64,000 nt of DNA from Thermodesulfobacteriota bacterium (GTDB lineage: Bacteria > Desulfobacterota > Desulfobacteria > Desulfobacterales > B30-G6), in NCBI GenBank assembly GCA_039714495.1, contig JBDLJD010000001.1, forward strand, positions 19,318 through 83,317. Direction: 5' to 3'. The notes beneath the pieces were generated by a model. It saw nothing but the letters and a program-made list of their open reading frames with translations. It made no database searches and was not told the origin of the DNA. The position numbers and the translations under genes are program-made. This document shows, piece by piece, positions 38,630 to 47,672 of the stretch. The first letter of the stretch is position 1. Every line of letters starts with the position of its first letter.

Positions 38630-39421
38630 ATGAACATACATAATATACAAGCGAGGGACCTGCCGGATCTGTGGTTCCAGGCCGTGCATGACATTCTGGA
38701 CAACGGCCGCCGGTTTACAATCGACAGAGGGTCATATGCCGGGCAAACCCGGTTGGAATACGACTATTTCTGCGGGCATGTGATCCACCCGTACACCGAA
38801 CCCCTTATTCCCGACATACCGCCGGCTTGCGGCATTCCCAACCCTGTGGAAGAGGCCTATATCTACGGTGGTGACGGTTACGAGCGGTCCTATATCGAAT
38901 ATCTGATGACCGGCCATAAGGAACCGGGCGAGTCCTATACGTACGGTGAGCGACTGACCCGCGCACCGATCTCCGGAAACAAAAAGATCTGGTGGGATGA
39001 AGAAAACCAGGAGATCATCGACCGGCGGGAAGTGGACGGGAAAATTGTTTTCAAAGAGGATGAGGAACTTTTTCTCAACCAGATCGAATGGATCATCGAT
39101 ACGTATAAGAATTTCGGTTACCGCAACAACCAGATGGTTTTGCAGGTGGCGCATCCATCGGATATGACCCTCCTGGATCCACCCTGTCTGCGTTCCATTG
39201 ACACGCGCATCCAGGACGGCAAGCTCAATTTTTTCGTTTATTTCAGGTCGTGGGATCTATGGGGGGGGCTGCCGGCCAACCTGGCCGGGGTCCAGAACCT
39301 GAAGAGCTATATGGCGGCGGAGATCGGTGTGGATGACGGCGAAATGGTTGTGGAGAGCAAGGGACTGCACCTTTATGGCTACGCCGAGGACCTGGCCAAG
39401 CTGCGCTGCCTCCGCGACTAA
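38630..39421 (+). CDS. thymidylate synthase-like protein, archaeal (MJ0757-like) type
   Basis: YTYGERLTR, LDPPCLRSID (catalytic Cys context), YFRSWDLWGGLPANLAG. Start 38630 (MNIHNIQ) follows a gatGGGAG SD. Confidence 0.65.
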   Translation: MNIHNIQARDLPDLWFQAVHDILDNGRRFTIDRGSYAGQTRLEYDYFCGHVIHPYTEPLIPDIPPACGIPNPVEEAYIYGGDGYERSYIEYLMTGHKEPGESYTYGERLTRAPISGNKKIWWDEENQEIIDRREVDGKIVFKEDEELFLNQIEWIIDTYKNFGYRNNQMVLQVAHPSDMTLLDPPCLRSIDTRIQDGKLNFFVYFRSWDLWGGLPANLAGVQNLKSYMAAEIGVDDGEMVVESKGLHLYGYAEDLAKLRCLRD

Positions 39422-39571
39422 AGAATGGTACCCATTCTTTAGATAACACGGCTGCGCCGCTAGATAGCCCTCAAGCCTATATACAAGACAGAGGCAAAAT
39501 CCCAAGCCGGAGGGTTATCCCGATTCGAATTTAATACGGTCGGTACTGGTTCACCATCCGGCGAAAACACA

Positions 39572-40957
39572 TTAGAATTCAATGCTATTGGGCGTCCTGG
39601 GAAAGGGAATCACGTCGCGGATGTTGGCGGCGCCGGTGAGCAGCATTAAAAGGCGCTCAAACCCCAAACCGAACCCGCTGTGGGGAACCGAGCCGAAGCG
39701 CCGGGAATCAAGATACCACCAGTAATTCTCTTTGGAAAGCCCGGTTTCAGCAATCCGCTGCTCAAGGACGGAAAGACGTTCCTCCCTTTGGGATCCGCCG
39801 ATGATTTCACCTATCTTGGGGACCAGAACATCCATGGCCGCCACCGTCTGGCCATCGTCATTGAGGCGCATGTAAAACGCTTTGATGTCCTTGGGATAAT
39901 CGTAAACAATGACCGGCTTCTTGAAGTGTTCTTCCGTAAGATAGCGTTCGTGCTCGGATTGCAGATCCAAACCGTCCTTGATGTTGAAGTCGAATTTTTT
40001 ATGCGCGTGTTTCAGGATGTCCACAGCCTCTTTGTAAGGCAGCCTGACAAATGGTGATCCGACAATGGCCTCGAGGGTTTTCATAAGGCTTTTATCCACA
40101 AACCGGGCAAATAGCTCTATGTCCTCTTTGCTGTTCTGCATGATGGTGCTGCAGATATTCTGAACCATCTCCTCCCCCAGGTCCATGTTTCCCTCCAGGT
40201 CGCAGAAGGCCATTTCCGGCTCGACCATCCAGAACTCTGCCACGTGGCGGCTGGTGTTTGAATTCTCTGCCCGGAACGTGGGGCCAAAGGTGTATACGTC
40301 TCCCAGGGACAGGGCAAACATTTCCACGGCAAGCTGTCCTGAAACGGTAAGACCGGTTTCTTGGCCGAAGAAGTCCTCGAGGTAGTCGGGTCTGCCGTCT
40401 TTTAGCGGCAGGTTGTCAAGGGGCATGGTGGTGACCCGGAAAAGTTCACCGGCACCCTCGGCATCCGATGAGGTGATAATGGGGGTGTGAATGTAGCGAA
40501 ATCCCCGTTGTTTGAAGAAGCGGTGGATGGCGTAGGACAATTCGGAGCGAATACGGAATATAGCCCCATATTTATTGGTGCGCGGCCGCAAATGGGCGAT
40601 TGTTCTTAGAAATTCATCGCTGTGCCGTTTTTTCTGCAACGGGAAATCCTCCGGCGCCAGGTGAACAATCGCTACCTGGGAAGCGATAAGTTCCCAGCTT
40701 TGTCCCTTGCCTTGGGATGCCACCAGTTTGCCCTGAATGGCGACAGCCGAACCGGTGGTTATTTTTTTTATCTCTTCGTAGTTGCCCAGGGTGCTGTCGG
40801 CAATTACCTGAATGTTTTTGAGACAGGACCCGTCATTGACCTCGATAAAGGAAAAGGTTTTGGTGTCCCGGCGCGTCCTCACCCACCCCTTGATCAGCAC
40901 ATCGTCCCAGGGTTCCGATGAATTCAATATGACGTCGATCTTCGTTCGTTTTGCCAT
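39572..40957 (-). CDS. asnS: asparagine--tRNA ligase
   Basis: Start MAKRTKIDVIL at 40957. OB-fold GWVRTRRD, class II motifs FRAENSNTSRHVAEFWMVEPE and GFGLGFERL. Confidence 0.93.
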   Translation of the reverse strand: MAKRTKIDVILNSSEPWDDVLIKGWVRTRRDTKTFSFIEVNDGSCLKNIQVIADSTLGNYEEIKKITTGSAVAIQGKLVASQGKGQSWELIASQVAIVHLAPEDFPLQKKRHSDEFLRTIAHLRPRTNKYGAIFRIRSELSYAIHRFFKQRGFRYIHTPIITSSDAEGAGELFRVTTMPLDNLPLKDGRPDYLEDFFGQETGLTVSGQLAVEMFALSLGDVYTFGPTFRAENSNTSRHVAEFWMVEPEMAFCDLEGNMDLGEEMVQNICSTIMQNSKEDIELFARFVDKSLMKTLEAIVGSPFVRLPYKEAVDILKHAHKKFDFNIKDGLDLQSEHERYLTEEHFKKPVIVYDYPKDIKAFYMRLNDDGQTVAAMDVLVPKIGEIIGGSQREERLSVLEQRIAETGLSKENYWWYLDSRRFGSVPHSGFGLGFERLLMLLTGAANIRDVIPFPRTPNSIEF

Positions 40958-40985
40958 TGTGTCCTCTGCTGTTGTTGCCAATAAT

Positions 40986-42404
40986 TTAGAGTTTGACACT
41001 GATGTAGTACCCTTGTTCTCCGCGCTGAATAAGGAGCACAACGGTTTTTTTCTGGCGGCAGCGGATCATCGCTTTTTTAAAATCATCGAGCGATTCAATG
41101 TTGAAATCATCCATCTGGCGGATGACGTCGCCCGGTTCAACACCTATTTTGGCCAGGTAGGCCTGGGGCATCACTTCCGACACCACAACCCCTGCCGGGC
41201 TGTTGATTCTGAAAGCCTTGCGGTTTTTAGAGGAGAGGGATTCGACCCGGATGCCGAACAGGTTGTGGGCAAGATCCAGGGCGCGCTCCTCTGGGTAGGC
41301 ACTTGTTTTCAAGGCAATAGTCAGTTTTTTCCCTCTGCGCAGGACGGTGAGGTGGACGGTGGAATCCACGGGATAATCCCTCATCGCCTGGTTAAAGCTC
41401 GAAATCGAAGAAACCGGCCTTTTTTCAATGGCCTGGAGGATATCCTCTTTCTTGATGCCGGCGCGTGTGGCCGGGCTGTCCGGCTCGACCGCTTTGACAA
41501 GCAGGCCCTTTTCTCCCGAAACCTTCAGGTAGCGGGCCAGGTCCGGGTCCATGTTTTGCAGCAACAGGCCGGTCCAGGAGAGCACCACCTCGCCATACTG
41601 GATAAGATCGGTAATGATACGCCGGGCCTTGTTGATGGGAATGGCAAAACCGATTCCCTGGGCTTTAACATAGATGGCAGTGTTGATACCTATCAGATCG
41701 CCATTGATATTGAGCAGCGGTCCCCCGCTGTTGCCGGGGTTGATGGAGGCGTCGGTCTGAATGAAGTTGTGGTAGATGGTGTCGTTGGAGCGAATGCTGC
41801 GGTTGAGGGCGCTGATGACCCCGGTGGTTACCGTGTGGGAGAAACCAAAGGGGTTGCCGATGGCGATGACGGTTTCGCCGATCATGAGGTCGTCCGAGAG
41901 GCCCATTTCAATGGCTGGAAGATCCTCTTCGGATTTGATGCGCAGAACCGCCAGGTCTGAATCCGGGTCAGCGCCCACCAGTTGAGCCTTGAATGTTCGT
42001 TCATCCTGGAGCACCACGGAAATATCTTCGGCCTTGGCAATGACATGCGCATTGGTAAGGATGAACCCTCTTTTCCCGTCGATGATGACCCCGGATCCGA
42101 GGCTGGTTCTTTTGTCGCTCTGTCTGAACCCCGGATCAAAAAAATCTTTGAAAAACGAATCGAAGAAGGGGTTCATGCCGAATCCCGAAAACGGGTGGGA
42201 TTGTCTGGTAATTTCATATTCGGAGCTGACATTGACCACAGCAGTGCTTACTTTTTCAACTGCGCTGACAATGGCATCCCGACGGTTGTACTCGGACCGA
42301 CTATTCGTCGGTAGACATAAGGTTATAAAAAAAATGACAATAATGATGTTCGTGCGTATTATGTGTTTTATCATAAGAGTTAATTTGTTATAGATAGTGT
42401 GCAA
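40986..42404 (-). CDS. periplasmic serine endoprotease, HtrA/DegP/DegQ family (trypsin domain and 2 PDZ)
   Basis: TNAHV, DSDLAVL, GNSGGPLLNINGDLIGINTAI, followed by two PDZ-like regions. Confidence 0.9.
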   Translation of the reverse strand: MHTIYNKLTLMIKHIIRTNIIIVIFFITLCLPTNSRSEYNRRDAIVSAVEKVSTAVVNVSSEYEITRQSHPFSGFGMNPFFDSFFKDFFDPGFRQSDKRTSLGSGVIIDGKRGFILTNAHVIAKAEDISVVLQDERTFKAQLVGADPDSDLAVLRIKSEEDLPAIEMGLSDDLMIGETVIAIGNPFGFSHTVTTGVISALNRSIRSNDTIYHNFIQTDASINPGNSGGPLLNINGDLIGINTAIYVKAQGIGFAIPINKARRIITDLIQYGEVVLSWTGLLLQNMDPDLARYLKVSGEKGLLVKAVEPDSPATRAGIKKEDILQAIEKRPVSSISSFNQAMRDYPVDSTVHLTVLRRGKKLTIALKTSAYPEERALDLAHNLFGIRVESLSSKNRKAFRINSPAGVVVSEVMPQAYLAKIGVEPGDVIRQMDDFNIESLDDFKKAMIRCRQKKTVVLLIQRGEQGYYISVKL

Positions 42405-42549
42405 CGGAACCCAACACTAAGCTATTTAATTTTAATATAAAAATTAACATTAAAAACAGGCAGACAACCGTGGTTTTGATTAGAGGGTAACCATGAAGGG
42501 GGTGGTATCAGTGGACAACGCCCCAGCTTTGTTTTTAATGTGACATAAC

Positions 42550-45078
42550 ATGATACCAAAAAGCATTCAAGATCTCTTACCCCTTGTGGAGCGGCCCAGC
42601 CGCTATCTGGGCAGTGAAATCAACACGATTCGCAAGGATCTGTCGCAAACAGCACTTACGTTTGCGCTTGCATTTCCCGATCTCTATGAAATCGGAACAT
42701 CCCATTTCGGTGTTCAGATTCTATACCATGTTCTGAACGGACATCCGAATATTGCCGCGGAAAGGGTGTTTGCCCCGGCCGAAGACGTGGAGGCGCTGCT
42801 GCGTTCGACCCAAACACCTCTCACCAGTCTCGAAACCCATACCCCCTTGAACAATTTCGACATAATCGGTTTCAGCCTGTTGTATGAACTGAATTACACT
42901 AATATTTTAACCATACTGGACCTGGCCGGGATTCCCTTTTTTGCCCGTGACCGGGACCCGGCCTTTCCGCTTGTGGTGGGCGGGGGGCCTTGTGCCTGTA
43001 ATCCGGAGCCGTTGGCTGATTTTTTCGATGCGTTTGTCATCGGAGATGGCGAGGAGGCGGTCCTCGAGATGGCGGAAGCCTGGCTTGCGCAAAAAAAAGC
43101 CGGTGCTGTTGACAGGGCCGCGGTCCTTGATGCCTGGTCTTCCATTACCGGTGTGTATATACCGGCCAGGTTCCCCGTACGCTATAGCCCGTCTGGTTTT
43201 CAGGCGCTCGATCAGCCTTTTCAGGAAGCCGATCAAAAACCCGCAACGGTTAAAAGGGCCGTTCTGGCCGATCTGAACGGTGCCGCATTTCCAGCGACCC
43301 CGATTCTTCCCTTTGGAAGACCGGTTCACGATCGACTGCGGCTCGAGGTTTCCAGGGGGTGTACCAGGGGATGCCGGTTCTGTCAGGCGGGTATGATCTA
43401 CCGTCCTGTCAGGGAGCGTTCGGAGGCGACCCTCATGAACATGTCCCGGGCATCCCTGGACAGCACCGGTTATGAAGATATTTCCCTGCTTTCTCTCAGT
43501 ACCGGCGATTACAGTTGTATCGCGTCTCTCATGGCCGGGCTTATGGATGCGAACGCATCAAATCACACGGCCGTATCCCTGCCGTCTTTGAGGGCCGGGA
43601 CGCTGACGCCGGAGTTGATGGCGCATATAAAAAGGGTTCGGAAAACCGGTTTTACCATTGCCCCCGAAGCCGGGAGCCAGCGGTTGAGAAATGTGATCAA
43701 TAAAAACATAAGCCGGGAAGAAATTCTTGTAACGGTAAAAAATGCGTTCGGTCTGGGGTGGCAGGTAATCAAGCTCTATTTTATGATCGGCCTGCCTACG
43801 GAAACAGATCAGGATCTTGAGGGAATTGTCGAACTTGTGGAAGACTTGAGGAAAATTAAGGGCCACAAGGGACGACCGGGCAAGATCAATGTCAGTGTTA
43901 CCACCTTTATTCCCAAACCCCACACGCCGTTTCAATGGCACTCTCAGATTTCGCTTGAGGAATCCAGGGAAAAAATCAACTGGCTGAGGGCCCGCTTGAA
44001 AAAGCCCGGGGTTCAGTTCAAGTGGCAGAATCCGGATGTCAGTTTTCTCGAAGGGCTTTGGGCCCGCGGCGATCGACGGCTGTCAAAACTACTGATTACA
44101 GCATACCAGAAAGGCTGCCGCTTCGACGGCTGGAGTGACCATTTCAATTTCCGGGTGTGGGAGACCGCCTTTTCCGAAGCGGGTATGGATGTTCCTTTTT
44201 ATGTAAATCGAAAAAGGGATCTGGATGAACCGCTTCCCTGGGACCATATAGATATGAGGGTGCATAAGTCCTTTCTGGTACAAGAGTGGCAGGCTGCCCA
44301 TGATGAGCGGGTGGTTTTGGATTGCCGGTGGAATCCGTGCAACGACTGTGGTGTCTGTGATTTTGAAACCATTCAGCCCCGCCTGCACGAGCGGTGTGAA
44401 AATCGGTCCGTGACCCACACCGCAGTGGTCGAGAACGAGCCGGGATTCTACAAGGTCTTTGAACTGGCCTATTCCAAAACCGGCAGCGCAAAGTACTTTG
44501 CCCACCTGGAGTTGGCCAATATCATGATACGCGCCCTGAGGCGCGCCAGGATCCCCGTGAAATATTCCGAGGGGTATCATCCCATGCCTAAAATCTCCTT
44601 TGACGACCCCCTGCCTGTTGGCATCGAGAGTCTCAAAGAGCGGCTTTTTATCACCGTCCCCGGGCACCTGGACGGCAAGGATATTCTGTCGCGTTTAGCA
44701 CCCGAGCTGCCGGAAGGGATCGCGCTGAAAACATGCACCCTGGCCAGCAAAAAGAGAAAACCAGACAAGGACACCGAGGAAAACTATTCTGTTGAATTAC
44801 AGGAAGGCGTATTCGAATCCGGTCATCTGGAGCGATTTTCCAATTGTCGGGAATACCTGTATGTGCGCCAAAACCGAAAAGGCAGGCAAAAAAGCTTTGA
44901 CTTGAAAAAAGCAGTGCCCCATATAGTGTTGAAAAGTGTGAAGAAAATAGAGGTGCGGATCCGCAAGGAAAACGGTGTGACCCTGCGGCCCCATGAAATA
45001 TTAAGCCAGATATTCGGCTTGTCCCGGGATGAGCTGAAAACGGCAACCGTAATCAAAGGGTTGGGGGAACATGTATAA
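42550..45078 (+). CDS. B12-binding-like radical SAM protein (TIGR03960-like) fused to a DUF2344/TIGR03936-like C-terminal domain
   Basis: 842 aa with SRGCTRGCRFCQAGMIYRPVRER. The C-terminal ~230 aa (YSKTGSAKYFAHLELANIMIRALRRARIPVKYSEGYHPMPKISF) match the domain usually encoded beside or fused to this rSAM. Overlaps rng by 8 nt. Confidence 0.8.
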   Translation: MIPKSIQDLLPLVERPSRYLGSEINTIRKDLSQTALTFALAFPDLYEIGTSHFGVQILYHVLNGHPNIAAERVFAPAEDVEALLRSTQTPLTSLETHTPLNNFDIIGFSLLYELNYTNILTILDLAGIPFFARDRDPAFPLVVGGGPCACNPEPLADFFDAFVIGDGEEAVLEMAEAWLAQKKAGAVDRAAVLDAWSSITGVYIPARFPVRYSPSGFQALDQPFQEADQKPATVKRAVLADLNGAAFPATPILPFGRPVHDRLRLEVSRGCTRGCRFCQAGMIYRPVRERSEATLMNMSRASLDSTGYEDISLLSLSTGDYSCIASLMAGLMDANASNHTAVSLPSLRAGTLTPELMAHIKRVRKTGFTIAPEAGSQRLRNVINKNISREEILVTVKNAFGLGWQVIKLYFMIGLPTETDQDLEGIVELVEDLRKIKGHKGRPGKINVSVTTFIPKPHTPFQWHSQISLEESREKINWLRARLKKPGVQFKWQNPDVSFLEGLWARGDRRLSKLLITAYQKGCRFDGWSDHFNFRVWETAFSEAGMDVPFYVNRKRDLDEPLPWDHIDMRVHKSFLVQEWQAAHDERVVLDCRWNPCNDCGVCDFETIQPRLHERCENRSVTHTAVVENEPGFYKVFELAYSKTGSAKYFAHLELANIMIRALRRARIPVKYSEGYHPMPKISFDDPLPVGIESLKERLFITVPGHLDGKDILSRLAPELPEGIALKTCTLASKKRKPDKDTEENYSVELQEGVFESGHLERFSNCREYLYVRQNRKGRQKSFDLKKAVPHIVLKSVKKIEVRIRKENGVTLRPHEILSQIFGLSRDELKTATVIKGLGEHV

Positions 45079-46627
45079 ACAGATTGTCATCAATGTAGCC
45101 GACCACGAGACGCGCGTGGCCCTGTTGGAGGATGGCACCATCGCCGAGCTTTTCATAGAAAGAAAAGACGGTACCGACAGCGCCGGGAATATCTATAAGG
45201 GCAGGGTGCAGCGGGTGCTGCCGGGCATGCAGGCCGCTTTTGTGGATATTGGTCTGACGCAGGCGGCGTTTATTTATGTGGATGACGTGATTGGGGCGCG
45301 TATCGAAGATGTCGAACGCTACTTTAACGAAAAAAAGAAACAGGAAGAAAGCGAACCTGAAAATTCCGAAGAAGCCGAGGGACGCGAAGGAAATGGGCGG
45401 AAAGACACTTTTTTTGCCCGGCAAAACATAGAGGGACTTATAACGGAAGGTCAGGAAATACTGGTGCAGGTGGCAAAATCGCCCATGGAGACCAAGGGAG
45501 CCAGGATAACCTCCCATGTGTCGCTGCCCGGACGCTTCCTGGTGCTGATGCCGACATCTGATCACATCGGCATATCCCGCCGCATAGAAGATCCCGTGGA
45601 AAGGGATCGCTTGAAAGAGATTGTCGCCTCACTGAGAACCGAACAGTTGGGGTATATTGTGAGAACGGCAGCCGAAGGCGTGCGTCAGGAAAAGCTTGCC
45701 TATGAAATGGGATTTCTGAAAAACCTCTGGGAAGGGATTAAAAACAAACACAGCAGTATGCCGGCCCCCTCCCTGTTGCACAAGGAGTTGTCGGTGAGCC
45801 TCAGGGCGGTGCGGGACCTCCTTATTCAAGAGGCCGAAAAGCTGATTGTCGACTCGAGAACGGGGTATGAAAGCATCCTCTCTTTTCTGGACACATTCAT
45901 GCCCAGCCTCAAGGATTCGGTGGAACTGTACGAGGGGCGTGAACCGATTTTTGACGCCTATAATCTGGAAGGGGATATTTCAAGGGCGCTCAGGAGAAAA
46001 GTGTGGCTGAAATCAGGCGGGTATATCGTTATTGAACATACGGAGGCTCTGGTGGCCATCGATGTCAATACCGGCAGGTATGTGGGCAAACACAACCTTG
46101 AAGAGACGATCACCAAGACCAATCTCGAGGCTGTCAAGGAAATCGCCTACCAGATCCGTTTAAGGGACATCGGCGGCATCATCATTATCGATTTTATCGA
46201 TATGGAAAAAAAGTCCAACCAGGAAAAAGTATTCAATTCCCTTCAGGATGCCCTTAAAAAAGACCGGAGCAAGACCAATGTGCTGCCCATGTCGGAGATG
46301 GGGTTGATCCAGATGACCCGCAAACGTATCCGTAAGCCGCTCACGCGCCTGTTGTGTGAACCCTGCTTTTACTGTGAGGGGGAAGGCTATTTAATATCTA
46401 AAAAAACAATATGTTATAATATATACCGAGATGTGATCCGCGACTCCAGGGATATGTTGGGCAAACGACTGACCTTAAGGGTCAACCCTGAAATTGCCGA
46501 ACAGCTTTATGGTGAGGAAAGCCACCTTATTCTGGCCCTGGAGCGGCAGATTGAAAAACGGGTCGTTGTCTATCCCAATCCGGAATTTCATATGGAGCAG
46601 TTCGATATTCTTGAAAACATGAGCTGA
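45071..46627 (+). CDS. rng: ribonuclease G/E family endoribonuclease
   Basis: S1 domain NIYKGRVQRVLPGMQAAFVDIG, GGYIVIEHTEALVAIDVNTG, GGIIIIDFIDM. Confidence 0.9.
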   Translation: MYKQIVINVADHETRVALLEDGTIAELFIERKDGTDSAGNIYKGRVQRVLPGMQAAFVDIGLTQAAFIYVDDVIGARIEDVERYFNEKKKQEESEPENSEEAEGREGNGRKDTFFARQNIEGLITEGQEILVQVAKSPMETKGARITSHVSLPGRFLVLMPTSDHIGISRRIEDPVERDRLKEIVASLRTEQLGYIVRTAAEGVRQEKLAYEMGFLKNLWEGIKNKHSSMPAPSLLHKELSVSLRAVRDLLIQEAEKLIVDSRTGYESILSFLDTFMPSLKDSVELYEGREPIFDAYNLEGDISRALRRKVWLKSGGYIVIEHTEALVAIDVNTGRYVGKHNLEETITKTNLEAVKEIAYQIRLRDIGGIIIIDFIDMEKKSNQEKVFNSLQDALKKDRSKTNVLPMSEMGLIQMTRKRIRKPLTRLLCEPCFYCEGEGYLISKKTICYNIYRDVIRDSRDMLGKRLTLRVNPEIAEQLYGEESHLILALERQIEKRVVVYPNPEFHMEQFDILENMS

Positions 46628-46732
46628 TGACCCGCAATAAAAGTTTTATTGACAACAACCTTGAGTTGTGATTAGGTCGCTTGATTAAGCTTTTGAATAT
46701 AAATAAATAGCAATAATACAAGGAAAAGAAGC

Positions 46733-46867
46733 ATGAAAAGAACATATCAGCCAAGTAAAATCAAACGCGCCCGGACGCATGGGTTTCTCAAAAGGATGTC
46801 CACGAAGCAGGGCAGGAAAATTATCAATAGAAGAAGGCAAAAGGGGAGAAAACGGTTGACGGTATAA
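46733..46867 (+). CDS. rpmH: 50S ribosomal protein L34
   Basis: Not in the ORF track (44 aa): [44 protein letters not shown], translated by hand. Stop TAA at 46865-46867. Confidence 0.95.
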   Translation: MKRTYQPSKIKRARTHGFLKRMSTKQGRKIINRRRQKGRKRLTV

Positions 46868-46960
46868 AACCGAGTATCCTTGAAAAACCCCTAAACCGCA
46901 TCAGCGGAAAGGAATGCTAATCGGTTTCAATTAATTATTTGGCGGAAAAGAAGAGCCTTC

Positions 46961-47338
46961 TTGGTGCAGAGAGACTGGTTGTTGACAAAGCAGACATTTA
47001 CCAAGGCAGACCGACTAAGAAAACGCCCGGAGTTCGTACACCTTTCAAAGACCGGGCGACGCGTACACGACTCGCACTTCATCGTTCTGTTTGCTCCCGG
47101 TCATCATCAGCGGTCACGCCTTGGCGTTACTGCAACCAAGCGGGTTGGGAATGCGGTTACCAGAAATCGGATCAAACGGTTGTCTCGTGAATTTTTTCGG
47201 TTAAAACAAGATACAGTCGGAACGCATCTGGACATTAACATCATCGCGAAAAAAGCGGCAACCGGACTGACGTCGGCAGAGACGTTCACAAAACTCGAGA
47301 GTTTGTTTAAAAAAATTGAGAGATACTGTGTTTGTTAA
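46961..47338 (+). CDS. rnpA: ribonuclease P protein component
   Basis: [29 protein letters not shown]...[28 protein letters not shown] start. Follows rpmH. Confidence 0.85.
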   Translation: MVQRDWLLTKQTFTKADRLRKRPEFVHLSKTGRRVHDSHFIVLFAPGHHQRSRLGVTATKRVGNAVTRNRIKRLSREFFRLKQDTVGTHLDINIIAKKAATGLTSAETFTKLESLFKKIERYCVC

Positions 47339-47543
47339 AAAGATATTTCTTACACTCATCACCCTCTATCAAACATTCATATCTCCCTTGATGATGCCGG
47401 CATGCAGGTTCTACCCCAGTTGTTCCGAATACGCACACGAGGCCATCGATCGTTATGGGATCGCAAAAGGACTCGTACTTGCTTTAAAAAGAATTTCAAG
47501 GTGCCATCCCTTCAATCCGGGAGGGGTTGACCCTGTTCCTTGA
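47316..47543 (+). CDS. yidD: membrane protein insertion efficiency factor YidD
   Basis: [32 protein letters not shown]. Non-ATG start (TTG 47316, or more likely GTG 47328). Overlaps the rnpA 3' end. Confidence 0.85.
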   Translation: MRDTVFVKKIFLTLITLYQTFISPLMMPACRFYPSCSEYAHEAIDRYGIAKGLVLALKRISRCHPFNPGGVDPVP

Positions 47544-47672
47544 ATTTTTACCCAACCTGTGGAAACCCTTAAACATCGACCGACACAAGGGTCGACTCCT
47601 CTTTCCCTTATCCGATTTGACGTAGACCTCTAGGTCCGCCGTTCCGGACCTAGAGATTTCCAGGAGAATATT

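Noticed and set aside
40812-41960. 382-aa plus-strand ORF
   Set aside because: It is entirely antisense to the well-supported asnS 5' end and the htrA gene. The sequence is low-information (runs of G/V/D/A) with no motif, which is typical of a shadow ORF in a GC-rich frame.
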